This document shows, piece by piece, positions 9,711-19,461 of a DNA stretch of 64,000 nucleotides. The notes under the pieces are model-generated. The model ran no database searches. It saw nothing but the letters and a program-made list of their open reading frames with translations, and was not told where the DNA came from. This stretch comes from Staphylococcus phage LY01, in sequence record OR836606.1, one strand, 5' to 3'. Both the position numbers and the translations under genes were made by a program. Position 1 is the first letter of the stretch. Every line of letters starts with the position of its first letter.

Positions 9711-10235
9711 TTAACCAAAGATACGATCTAATGTTTCTTCTAATGATTCTTCATCGTCATCTTCTTCTTCGTCTTCATCTTCTGAAGTGATTTTACGTAC
9801 GTCTTCTTCAGGGTGTTCAGTAGATTCAGGTGATTTTTCTGAATTCATATTGTTAGTTTTTGTAGTTTGTTTAGTAACATCCATTTCTGGATTTTCATTT
9901 TCTTCAAATAAACGATTTAATTCTTCTTCTAAAGAATCTTCTTCATCTTCTGACTCTTCATCATCAGATTCTTCTTCATCATCGGATTCTTTAACTGGTT
10001 CTTCAGTATCTTCATCATCAGATTCTTCTTCATCCTCTGATTCTAAGATACTATTAAACTGTTCTTCAACAGAATCTTCTTCTGAATCTTCTTTAGAATC
10101 TTTAACTTCCTCTTCTTCTGTTTTATCTTCATCAGATGATTCGATAATACTTTCGAATTGTTCTTCTAAAGCTTCTTCTTGAGATTGTTCGTATAAAGCT
10201 TCTAATTCTTCAGTTAATTTATCATATTTTTCCAT
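9711..10235 (-). CDS. highly acidic repeat protein (DNA-mimic/anti-restriction candidate)
   Basis: 174 aa, more than 50% D/E/S. Internal repeats EEQF(E/N)SI(I/L)ES(S/E)DE..., EELNRLFEENE, EETLDRIFG. Confidence 0.6.
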   Translation of the reverse strand: MEKYDKLTEELEALYEQSQEEALEEQFESIIESSDEDKTEEEEVKDSKEDSEEDSVEEQFNSILESEDEEESDDEDTEEPVKESDDEEESDDEESEDEEDSLEEELNRLFEENENPEMDVTKQTTKTNNMNSEKSPESTEHPEEDVRKITSEDEDEEEDDDEESLEETLDRIFG

Positions 10236-10433
10236 AAAATTAAATTCTCCTTTTTAAAAATTCTATATTATTTGATATAAAATTTATGTTCTTAAAATAA
10301 ATAAATATTTGCGACTAAGTGCATGATACATTATAAAAATTATTAATATAAATTAGTTTATATTTTTAGAAAAAAAAAATAAAATAATTCATATAGCTTA
10401 AGGAAAATTTCCTCAAACTATATGAATAATGTT

Positions 10434-11144
10434 TTAAATGAAAGTATTTTTTACTTTCTCTTTCTTAACTATATTCTGAAATTCTTTTTCGTCTATGAAA
10501 TCTAAATTATGTGTTAACATTAGTGAGTAAGTGAATGCATTAAATATAGTACTATTTATATAATAATCTTCTCCTAATTCTAATATTATTCTTAATATAG
10601 ATATTGGATCTTCATCATATAAATTTCTAATTTTTATTTTTATTGGTTTATTATTTCTAGTTTTACTCTTTTTAATAGTAAATACTTTTGTATATTTATC
10701 CCTTATATAATTTATTTCTTTATGAATGTCTTTTATTAAAATATTAGCTTGTTTTCTTTGTTTTTCATTACTACTTATGAATTCCAATTCTAAATCTAAT
10801 TGATGTCTTGTTTCTTCTAGACTTTTATATTCGCTATTAGAAATATCTAATAAATTTTTCTTTATATAGTGTATATTTAGTATATCATTAGAAATATATT
10901 TATTCAATAAACCATTATAACTACCTGGCAAAGAATCTATTAAATCTACAATAGTACTAGGTTTTATTTCTGTTTTAAGATATACGAATTTATCATCCTT
11001 AAATTGATACTTATCGAATACATTAAATACTTTAGGAATTCTTAAATATACATATTCATGATACCTATACAAGCTATTGAGTTGTTTAAAACCTAAAGGT
11101 ATAACTTTATCTCCTAATAATTCTTTATTAGCTGAAATCTTCAT
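10434..11144 (-). CDS. hypothetical protein, weak member of the C-terminal KK-x-NF(K/I) paralogue family
   Basis: 236 aa ORF ending ...KKEKVKNTFI. Confidence 0.55.
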   Translation of the reverse strand: MKISANKELLGDKVIPLGFKQLNSLYRYHEYVYLRIPKVFNVFDKYQFKDDKFVYLKTEIKPSTIVDLIDSLPGSYNGLLNKYISNDILNIHYIKKNLLDISNSEYKSLEETRHQLDLELEFISSNEKQRKQANILIKDIHKEINYIRDKYTKVFTIKKSKTRNNKPIKIKIRNLYDEDPISILRIILELGEDYYINSTIFNAFTYSLMLTHNLDFIDEKEFQNIVKKEKVKNTFI

Positions 11145-11157
11145 AGTTAATTTCTCC

Positions 11158-11817
11158 TTAAATAAACATCTCTTTTGTCATTATCTTTTTATATTCTTTA
11201 TATGTTATCTCTTCTATAAAATTTCTATGATCCAAAAGAATATTTATTTCTTCATTAAATTTTTTATAATCATCTGCATATACAGATATAGTGTCTATTA
11301 TAAATTCTATTATCTTTATATAATTAATGTAAAATAGATTTTTAATAAATTCATCTATCTTATTTTTATCTATTAAAAATATTAATGTCATATCTAATAC
11401 ATGATTATTGTCTTGATCTAAAGAAACTGATTTTAAAAATTCTAAATTAAGTTCATTAACACTATCTATAAATTCTTTTTCATTTTCAATTAGATCATTA
11501 TAACTTTTTAAACTAAAATACATATTCATTATATATTTATTCTTGGATGATCTACTTATAAAGAATTCTAATTTACTATTAAAGAAATCCATATGTACTA
11601 TTTTCATATTTTCTTGGTTTAGTATTTCAAATACTTTTCCAGCAATATATTTAGATACTAGTTCCATATTATTGATTTCTTCATCAGTATTTATTAAGTA
11701 TATAGATCTATCTTTATCATTGCTATTATTGAATAACATTTTATGACCATTATTAGTCCTTTTATGATAGAAGATATTTACATTCTCTTTGTTAAAACGA
11801 TATAAATAATTATTCAT
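11158..11817 (-). CDS. hypothetical protein, EKEYKK/NFK-family paralogue
   Basis: Ends ...YKEYKKIMTKEMFI. Confidence 0.6.
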   Translation of the reverse strand: MNNYLYRFNKENVNIFYHKRTNNGHKMLFNNSNDKDRSIYLINTDEEINNMELVSKYIAGKVFEILNQENMKIVHMDFFNSKLEFFISRSSKNKYIMNMYFSLKSYNDLIENEKEFIDSVNELNLEFLKSVSLDQDNNHVLDMTLIFLIDKNKIDEFIKNLFYINYIKIIEFIIDTISVYADDYKKFNEEINILLDHRNFIEEITYKEYKKIMTKEMFI

Positions 11818-11892
11818 AAAAGCATCTCATCCATTCTAAAATTATTATATAATAAAAAGTTATTATACAATAATTTAGTGAGATGCTTTTAA

Positions 11893-12723
11893 TTACTTAA
11901 ATGATTCTTTTATTACCAATTTTTTATATTCTTTTTCATCTATGAATGTAATTTTTTCTTTATCTTTATTAATAATATCATTAAAGCTTATACCGTTTAA
12001 TGTTTCTAATAGGATTTCTTTATTATACAAATAAAAATTAGAATCAATTAAATTCTTATTTTCTATATTACTTTCTATATTACTAAAATTATGAAAATCA
12101 TAATTTAATATTTTATATTTTTCATTTATCATTAATTCAGATATTAGATTTTCTAAACTAATATCATCATCTATAAATAAAAATTCTGAATTAATATTAA
12201 GAACATCTTGATACCTTAAATAAGATTTTATTAAAGATTCTATATTACTATATTTATCTTCATTTTTTATATAGTCACTATTATGCTTATCTGATAAATT
12301 ACCTTTATATTTCTTTTTAAATTTTTTACTAAAGAATTTAGAAATTAATATATAAAAACTAAAACTTTTATCATATTCTACATACAACACAACTATTCTA
12401 TTGTCTATATCATTTTTTATATTTCTAAATAATTTATTTTTATATAATTGAATAACTTCATTAACTTTAATCTTTCCATTAAGCTTGTTAGTAGAAATAT
12501 TCTTTAATATTCTCACTGGCACTATTAATTCTCTGTCAGCAAAATAAAATGAATCATCCATATGATTAGAATTATAATCCAATATAAATCTTATAAATTC
12601 CATAAAGAAATCAAAAGAACTTAATTTTTCATTATAAGGTTTAATCATATCCAATTTTAATTCAGATGTATTAGCTTTGGTTAAATGCTCGTTTATCTTA
12701 AAATATTTCATTATCCTTTTCAA
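11893..12723 (-). CDS. hypothetical protein, EKEYKK/NFK-family paralogue
   Basis: Ends ...EKEYKKLVIKESFK. Confidence 0.6.
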   Translation of the reverse strand: MKRIMKYFKINEHLTKANTSELKLDMIKPYNEKLSSFDFFMEFIRFILDYNSNHMDDSFYFADRELIVPVRILKNISTNKLNGKIKVNEVIQLYKNKLFRNIKNDIDNRIVVLYVEYDKSFSFYILISKFFSKKFKKKYKGNLSDKHNSDYIKNEDKYSNIESLIKSYLRYQDVLNINSEFLFIDDDISLENLISELMINEKYKILNYDFHNFSNIESNIENKNLIDSNFYLYNKEILLETLNGISFNDIINKDKEKITFIDEKEYKKLVIKESFK

Positions 12724-12730
12724 CTCTCTT

Positions 12731-13261
12731 TTATTTAAAATTTTCTTTGATTAAATGTTGTTTATAATCATTTTCATTTGTTTCTTTAATATGAAATTGA
12801 TAAAAATCTAAATTATTTCTATTGAATAACATTTTATCAAATATATTACTATAATCTATATCATAAGAAAAATCAAAGTTGTAATCAATATAAATGTAAA
12901 GCATATCTTCATTTAATCTCATAATTTTTTCATGTATATATTCTTTAATTTCATGAAACTCTTTAAAATTAGTTTTCTTATCTTTATTATTTTCATTCAT
13001 GAACAAAACACTGGTTATTTCTTCTATATAGATTGGTGGTTTTTCCATGGAAAAACTTAATAACTTTTGTTCTTCATTTTTATCATATACAATAATATTA
13101 ATCATACTAGAACTAGGTATTTTTTCAATATAATAATTAAGCATATAATCAAAATAGGATTCTATAATTTTAGAATTACTTATTTCTTCTTCATTTCCTG
13201 AAAATTTAAATACATCATAATCGCTTTTATTATTTAATTTAAATCTAAAATATCTATTCAT
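12731..13261 (-). CDS. hypothetical protein, EKEYKK/NFK-family paralogue
   Basis: Ends ...ENDYKQHLIKENFK. Confidence 0.6.
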   Translation of the reverse strand: MNRYFRFKLNNKSDYDVFKFSGNEEEISNSKIIESYFDYMLNYYIEKIPSSSMINIIVYDKNEEQKLLSFSMEKPPIYIEEITSVLFMNENNKDKKTNFKEFHEIKEYIHEKIMRLNEDMLYIYIDYNFDFSYDIDYSNIFDKMLFNRNNLDFYQFHIKETNENDYKQHLIKENFK

Positions 13262-13309
13262 TTTTTTACCCCTATTCTATTTAAAGTTTTCTTTTACTAA
13301 CTTCATACA

Positions 13310-13921
13310 TTAGAAGAAACTCCTTTTAATTAATTTATTTTTATATTCTTTTTCTGTTATATTTTTTATTCCATTCATATTATTCATTAATCTATATAAA
13401 CTTTCACTTGCAATATTATAGAATACAAATTCATTTGTCAATGTATATCTACTGATGTATTTATTAGTCTTAATCTTAAGAACATATAAAGATAAATAAT
13501 AATTATCAGACTCACATTCTTCTAACCCAAATGTTGTAAATTTAATAGTATATATATTATTTAAATCTTTCTCATTTATATTATCTTTAATAAATTTGAA
13601 TAAGTATTCATAATCCTTATTTATTTTTCTTGATTTAATGTTATTATTTGGATTAATATTGTCATATACTTCGGCAAAGTCTTCATTAATATAAATTTCT
13701 GAATTATTATAACTATGAACGCTTCTTATTTCTATTTTTAGTTTTTTACATAAATCATTATCATCCATGTTATCATTATAAAATTCTTTTAAATACAATT
13801 TAAATAAAATCATATTTAAAAGACCTGATTCAATTTCTTCATTTTCTTGTTTGTGTAAAACGACATTATTTAATTTATTATTGTCAATTAAACCTGTATA
13901 TTCCAATTCAAAATAATTCAT
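13310..13921 (-). CDS. hypothetical protein, EKEYKK/NFK-family paralogue
   Basis: Ends ...EKEYKNKLIKRSFF. Confidence 0.6.
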   Translation of the reverse strand: MNYFELEYTGLIDNNKLNNVVLHKQENEEIESGLLNMILFKLYLKEFYNDNMDDNDLCKKLKIEIRSVHSYNNSEIYINEDFAEVYDNINPNNNIKSRKINKDYEYLFKFIKDNINEKDLNNIYTIKFTTFGLEECESDNYYLSLYVLKIKTNKYISRYTLTNEFVFYNIASESLYRLMNNMNGIKNITEKEYKNKLIKRSFF

Positions 13922-14004
13922 ATTATCCTTTTCATCTCCTCTAAGTAAAAAAATTAAAATAATATAGCTGATATCTTTAACAGATATCAGCTATATTTAA
14001 TTTT

Positions 14005-14298
14005 TTAAATTGCATTTTTATAAATAGTTTGTGGTACATATTCTTCATCATAATCATGAATAGTTAATAGAACACCTTCATGTGAATATTCTAATGTGTA
14101 CATGTTTGTTTCATCATTCTCCTCTGATATTACATAAGAGAATACACTTGAATCTCCATTTAATCCTAATTCTTTAATTAATTCATCTTCAAAAGCTTCA
14201 TCAACACCAAGTTCATCAGATTCTACAACTTCAAATTCTCCGTCAATTTCAGTTCTTACTTGAAAATCTCTTAATACTTCTTCATTTAATTTTGTCAT
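14005..14298 (-). CDS. small acidic hypothetical protein
   Basis: 97 aa ORF. Confidence 0.5.
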   Translation of the reverse strand: MTKLNEEVLRDFQVRTEIDGEFEVVESDELGVDEAFEDELIKELGLNGDSSVFSYVISEENDETNMYTLEYSHEGVLLTIHDYDEEYVPQTIYKNAI

Positions 14299-14393
14299 AA
14301 TATAAAACTCCTTTTAATTTTATTAAAGATAATATTAATAATATTTATCTTCATTATTATAATATATAATTAATTTTCCATTTAATACTTTCA

Positions 14394-14879
14394 TTAATCT
14401 AAATAATAAATTCCTTCCGATATATCAATATCATATTTCTTTAAGTCTTTATCGTTTACTAATTTATTCTTAGCTTTAACTTGATAATCAAATCTATTGC
14501 TGATTATCCCTTTTTTATTTACTTTTTTATTAATATTATGATCTGAAATTCTTACCAATTTAAAATTATTATTTTTTACATATATTGATAAGGATATTTT
14601 ATTTCTAGAGAAGTTAACTATATAACCGCTTCTAGCTAATTCATTAGTTAAATTACCTTTTACTTTACCTAATGTTAATATCGTTTCTTTTGTCTTTCCA
14701 TTAATAAATTTATTACTTATATTTTCGCCTTTCATCACGTGGTCATTTATTTCTTTAATTATATTCATTGTATTATAATCATTTTTCTGTGAGTAGTCTA
14801 GAAGAAAGAATATAATATTTTCCATTCCTTCTTCATTGACTGGAAAGACCTCCCCTTTTTCATTCTTTAAATAATTCAT
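14394..14879 (-). CDS. hypothetical protein
   Basis: 161 aa ORF. Confidence 0.5.
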   Translation of the reverse strand: MNYLKNEKGEVFPVNEEGMENIIFFLLDYSQKNDYNTMNIIKEINDHVMKGENISNKFINGKTKETILTLGKVKGNLTNELARSGYIVNFSRNKISLSIYVKNNNFKLVRISDHNINKKVNKKGIISNRFDYQVKAKNKLVNDKDLKKYDIDISEGIYYLD

Positions 14880-14898
14880 TCCTAATCATCTCCTATAT

Positions 14899-15240
14899 TT
14901 ATTCAACCGAGGTTTTAATCTTTTTTAATTTATAACTACTTAATTCTAATTTCATATAAAAACTTTGTATCATTCTATAACTTAATTTAAATTCTTCTAA
15001 TAATTCTTTATTAATAGTTTCTTCATCAATATTAAGTACTTCATTTAAAGTAAATATATCTGAAGCAACTACAATTAAAGAATCTGCTAAACAATCAAGA
15101 TTTGTCGTTTCTTTGTTATCTTCATTTACAGTGTAATTTAATTCTTCATCCAACAAATCTATACATTCTGAAATAACAATTAAATCACCATTTATTTTGT
15201 CATGCATTCTGTCTAAAACTTTTTTAGTGTCGTTTAACAT
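14899..15240 (-). CDS. hypothetical protein
   Basis: 113 aa ORF. Confidence 0.5.
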   Translation of the reverse strand: MLNDTKKVLDRMHDKINGDLIVISECIDLLDEELNYTVNEDNKETTNLDCLADSLIVVASDIFTLNEVLNIDEETINKELLEEFKLSYRMIQSFYMKLELSSYKLKKIKTSVE

Positions 15241-15301
15241 ATCTAATTCATCTCCTGTATTTTAATTAATTTCATTTATATAATATATATTTAATTATTA
15301 T

Positions 15302-15772
15302 TTAAATGTAAATGTTTTTATTGTAATTATCTTTACCTAATTTATCACTTATATTAATGTCAAATATCAGTTCTCCAGATATTTCTTTATTAATACTATT
15401 TAAATGCTTTATCAACATCATTGTTATAGAATTATTGTATGTTAAAGTTTCTACAATAGTATATATTGTAAGATAACCATTTACACTGTTTTTCTTTACA
15501 CTTCTTTTTAATTTTAAATCTTTTTTATCTATTAAAGTACCTTCATCACTTTTTAATAATTCTAAAATACTATTTATAAAATTATCTGCCTTACTAAATA
15601 ATTCATTTTCATAATTAACTATATAAGTGTGATTTGGTTTTATTTCTTTTTTCTTATTTATACTAGTTAATGACTTGTATATAAAATCATTTATAAAATT
15701 TTCAGTAACCTCGATTGGTAACTCTAGATTATTATTTATCAAGCTGTCTATACTTCTTTTTTTATTTCTCAT
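15302..15772 (-). CDS. hypothetical protein
   Basis: 156 aa ORF. Confidence 0.5.
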   Translation of the reverse strand: MRNKKRSIDSLINNNLELPIEVTENFINDFIYKSLTSINKKKEIKPNHTYIVNYENELFSKADNFINSILELLKSDEGTLIDKKDLKLKRSVKKNSVNGYLTIYTIVETLTYNNSITMMLIKHLNSINKEISGELIFDINISDKLGKDNYNKNIYI

Positions 15773-15791
15773 TATTTTTATTCCTTCCTAG

Positions 15792-16250
15792 TTATTTAAA
15801 GTTATTAACAACTATTGACTTTTTATATTCTTTTTCAGTCAATTCTGTTAATAAAGAATTTATAATTTCATCATAGAAATCACTCATGACTGATTTTATA
15901 CTTTCCATTATTATTTCTGTTAATGTGTATTCTTCATCTTTTATAATACCGTTTATCTCAATATTATCTTTATCACCTAAATCTAAATAATAACATTCTA
16001 AATCTTTAGATTCTAATTCAGATTTAAAACTGTCTAATGATATATATGATTCTAATCCATTTCTAATAACGAATTTATCTTCATTTTCATTAAAGAAAAT
16101 CATTAGAAATTTCTGTCTTTCATTACTTAACATTGTAAAAGACCCTATAGAATCGATTTCTTTTAATGCCAATTCCTTAATTGCATCTTCTTCATTATCT
16201 GCTTTTAAGAAAAATTCTTTACCCGTCACTACACCTTTAAAGTATCTCAT
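15792..16250 (-). CDS. hypothetical protein, EKEYKK/NFK-family paralogue
   Basis: Ends ...EKEYKKSIVVNNFK. Confidence 0.6.
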   Translation of the reverse strand: MRYFKGVVTGKEFFLKADNEEDAIKELALKEIDSIGSFTMLSNERQKFLMIFFNENEDKFVIRNGLESYISLDSFKSELESKDLECYYLDLGDKDNIEINGIIKDEEYTLTEIIMESIKSVMSDFYDEIINSLLTELTEKEYKKSIVVNNFK

Positions 16251-16268
16251 CTTTAATTTCCCCCTTAT

Positions 16269-16733
16269 TTAAATTTTATCTAATACGTTAGCTAGATATT
16301 CATTATGATTAAGTTCAATTCTATTTTCTTCAGGAATTTTATCTTCTATATCGTCTACGAAACTATCAAACATATTATCAAGAAGTTCAATAAATTTGCT
16401 ATCTGAACCTTTTTCTTTATATCTCTCTAAATATAAATTTTTATCTGAACGTTTAGGATAAACTACTACAAAATCTAAATTGGAATCAATTAATTCTTGA
16501 ATAACTTCTTTATGTGTTGATACAAAAATATAATCCATTACATTTTTATAATATAGACTCTTAATATAATGAATATAATTCTTTGGAAATCTAGGGTCTT
16601 TAACTTTTTTTCCATCTTTGATTGACCATGAAAAACTATTTAAATCAGAATCAGATGTTTTTAAAAATGTGATATTATTTTTAATATAAGATTTGCCTGT
16701 ACCTGGGAATGCTGCGATTATTTTAGTATTCAT
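16269..16733 (-). CDS. P-loop nucleotide kinase (dNMP/nucleoside kinase-like)
   Basis: N-terminal Walker A AAFPGTGKS. 154 aa, the size of small (d)NMP kinases. Confidence 0.5.
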   Translation of the reverse strand: MNTKIIAAFPGTGKSYIKNNITFLKTSDSDLNSFSWSIKDGKKVKDPRFPKNYIHYIKSLYYKNVMDYIFVSTHKEVIQELIDSNLDFVVVYPKRSDKNLYLERYKEKGSDSKFIELLDNMFDSFVDDIEDKIPEENRIELNHNEYLANVLDKI

Positions 16734-16768
16734 TTTTAACTTCTCCTTTAGTGTTTAAATTATATTTT

Positions 16769-17269
16769 TTAAAATGCAATATACAATTTCTTAGCTTGTT
16801 TATTACTAATATTGTATTTTTCTCGTAGATCTTCAACTTTATCCATTAATAGATTAATTGTATCTAAATCAAGTTCATAACTCTTTTTATTTTCCTTTTT
16901 AAAATATTCATATTCAATAACAGATTTAATAATTTCACAAGCTCTTTTATCATCTGATTTTTTAATCATGAAATTCTCTAACATATCTTGAACGTCTTCA
17001 TTAAGTGTATACTTGATTTCTTTTTCATTATTAACTTTAAAAATTAATCTTATTTTTAATGACGGATCATAGAATTTTTCTATTTCCTTAAATTCAGCTT
17101 TATTATTTTCAAATTCCCATTCAGATAATAAATTATCTTTTAAAAATCTTAAATTGATTAATATATCTTGACTTAACATTTTTAACACCGTCTCTTCCAT
17201 ATATTTTGTTTTCATTAATTCTTGATTAATAATATCTTGGTTAATTTCAATATTTTTATTTTTTAACAT
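16769..17269 (-). CDS. hypothetical protein
   Basis: 166 aa ORF. Confidence 0.5.
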   Translation of the reverse strand: MLKNKNIEINQDIINQELMKTKYMEETVLKMLSQDILINLRFLKDNLLSEWEFENNKAEFKEIEKFYDPSLKIRLIFKVNNEKEIKYTLNEDVQDMLENFMIKKSDDKRACEIIKSVIEYEYFKKENKKSYELDLDTINLLMDKVEDLREKYNISNKQAKKLYIAF

Positions 17270-17341
17270 ATCCGTTTCAACTCCTAATTAAGTAATTAAA
17301 TAATCCCAATGAGGATAATTCATCTCATTGGGATATAGTTT

Positions 17342-17860
17342 TTAAAGCTCTTTAAATCTATTAAATAATTCATTCAATTCTTTATCATCATATTGTCTAA
17401 CGATATTATCAAATGATTTTTTCTTTTCTAACTTCTGTAATCTCAATCTCATTAATTTTTCAATTTTTTCTTTTTCCTTTTCTCTCTCAATATCTTCAAT
17501 ATAATCATTAATATCATCTTTAATAAAAGACAATAAGTATTTATATTCGACTTTTTCATCTTGATTAATTTTTCTATAATTTAAATCATCTGCATCATTA
17601 ACATAATCTGATTCAATAAAATCATCTTCATTCATTATTTTATTAATTCTTACTGGTTTAATAGCGTTAGCGATATCTTCTGAAAGATCAAGAATAGAAT
17701 TGCTATCTTTATGATTAAAATTAGATACAATTGCAAATCTTTCCAATTCTAAATCATTTTCATCTCTAATAAGTCTTTTAGGCACTTTATAAATATATTC
17801 TCTTCCTTGAAACTGTCTATTACTTTGAAACTGTACAATTGCATAAAATTCTTTTGTCAT
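17342..17860 (-). CDS. hypothetical protein
   Basis: 172 aa ORF preceded (coding strand) by a promoter-like motif, a palindrome and an RBS. Confidence 0.55.
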   Translation of the reverse strand: MTKEFYAIVQFQSNRQFQGREYIYKVPKRLIRDENDLELERFAIVSNFNHKDSNSILDLSEDIANAIKPVRINKIMNEDDFIESDYVNDADDLNYRKINQDEKVEYKYLLSFIKDDINDYIEDIEREKEKEKIEKLMRLRLQKLEKKKSFDNIVRQYDDKELNELFNRFKEL

Positions 17861-17932
17861 AATATTACTCCCGCCTTTTATTTTTTTTTTTAAGTAATAT
17901 TAATTAATATTACTCATTTTTATAATATATAT

Positions 17933-18637
17933 TTAAATTTGAGATAATAAAAAGTATATAGTTAGTAATGCCATTAATATGTGGTAACAATATAATTTTA
18001 TATTTATTTTTTCAGAATATATTTTTTCAATAATTTTATCTAAAAAAAGACTTATTGATTCTTCATCATTATTAAATTTGCTTTCAAGAAAATCATCTAA
18101 TGAAAATACGTTATCATTATTGTCATTTAAATTAACTATTGCTATATTCTGTCTAACTATATTCTTTTTTAAGTCTATATTTTTATATTCTCCGTCAGTC
18201 TGAATTACAATTTCTATTAATTGTAATTCAATTTTAACTAATGGAATTATTAAATTAATTATTACGATAAATATAACAAAGTATAAATCATTAACTATTT
18301 CATAATGGTAATTTATTATGAATAAAGAATAAAATAATGATGTATATACTATAATATCATGAACTTTAAGAAATTTATTTAATAAAAAGTTAATTATTAA
18401 CAATAAGAAATAAAATAAAGCATACTGTATTTCAATATTTATTCCATATACATCGTAAAATATAATAATTATTATTGGAAATAATAAACTAAATGCAAAA
18501 AGTGATGTGGAAAAGAATTTTCCTTTTAATTTTTCTCTATATATGCTCACTAATATTTTATATATCGCATTAAATGAAAAAGTAATTATAATTAAAAGTA
18601 TTAAAGCTAATGAAATTTCATACAAAATTAATATCAT
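17933..18637 (-). CDS. polytopic membrane protein
   Basis: 234 aa with 5-6 hydrophobic helices. Confidence 0.55.
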   Translation of the reverse strand: MILILYEISLALILLIIITFSFNAIYKILVSIYREKLKGKFFSTSLFAFSLLFPIIIIIFYDVYGINIEIQYALFYFLLLIINFLLNKFLKVHDIIVYTSLFYSLFIINYHYEIVNDLYFVIFIVIINLIIPLVKIELQLIEIVIQTDGEYKNIDLKKNIVRQNIAIVNLNDNNDNVFSLDDFLESKFNNDEESISLFLDKIIEKIYSEKINIKLYCYHILMALLTIYFLLSQI

Positions 18638-18715
18638 CTCTCTTTCTTGTCTTTATAAAAAAAAAAATAATTAATAGTCATGAATCTACTTGAAACGATT
18701 CATGACTATAGTGTC

Positions 18716-18961
18716 TTAAATTCCTTTTGTTATTTTGAAAAATAATGAAAACGTATCATCAAATTTAGGATCTACGTTAACTACTTTGAGTAAATTTTCA
18801 TTAAATTTTTCATATACTTCTATCTCATCAAATTCATTTAATTTGATGAATTTAGGGCCTGAAGGAACGCTTACAATAAAACTATCATAGACGTTAGTTA
18901 ATTTCAATTCTGAAATAAATTTGTAAAATAAATATTCAATTTCTGTTTTTGTCTTAATCAT
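18716..18961 (-). CDS. hypothetical protein
   Basis: 81 aa ORF. Confidence 0.45.
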   Translation of the reverse strand: MIKTKTEIEYLFYKFISELKLTNVYDSFIVSVPSGPKFIKLNEFDEIEVYEKFNENLLKVVNVDPKFDDTFSLFFKITKGI

Positions 18962-18984
18962 TATAATTCTCCTTAATATGTTAT

Positions 18985-19437
18985 TTATTCGAGATTTACC
19001 ATTATTTCAGATTCTATTTCTCCAGAATTATTAATATTTTGTACTAATCCTTCTTGGGAAACTCTAAAATTGTAAGAACCATGTCCGCTTTTATTATTTG
19101 CTGAAATAATCCAATCTCCATTTTCATTTTGAATTGGCTCTTGGAAAGTTATTAGATCTTTATCAAAACCATCATACATTTCATTTAATCCGGCAAATAA
19201 ATAATCAAACACATTATCCCTATTTACTTTTTGTTCATTGTTTTCCATTCCATTTTGAACTTGAGTTTCCATTTCTTCTTGATCATTGGAGGAATTTTCT
19301 GAATTCGAAAATTCCTCCTCTTTATTATCTAAATTGTTATTTAATTGAGTTTCTAATTTTGCATATCCAAATAATCCTGTTGATACCAATACGGACAATA
19401 CTGCTAATACAGATAACACGCTTAATAATTTTTTCAT
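18985..19437 (-). CDS. N-terminally membrane-anchored/secreted protein (paralogue of 19462-20064)
   Basis: N-terminus MKKLLSVLSVLAVLSVLVSTGLFGYAK is about 60% identical to the start of the next gene. Confidence 0.55.
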   Translation of the reverse strand: MKKLLSVLSVLAVLSVLVSTGLFGYAKLETQLNNNLDNKEEEFSNSENSSNDQEEMETQVQNGMENNEQKVNRDNVFDYLFAGLNEMYDGFDKDLITFQEPIQNENGDWIISANNKSGHGSYNFRVSQEGLVQNINNSGEIESEIMVNLE

Positions 19438-19461
19438 AATAAAATAATTTCCTTTCTCACT

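Noticed and set aside
9787-10182. Plus-strand ORF (131 aa, Ser-rich) overlapping the acidic protein gene
   Set aside because: It is the antisense frame of a low-complexity GA/TC-rich gene, with no RBS. The minus-strand acidic protein is the coherent gene.
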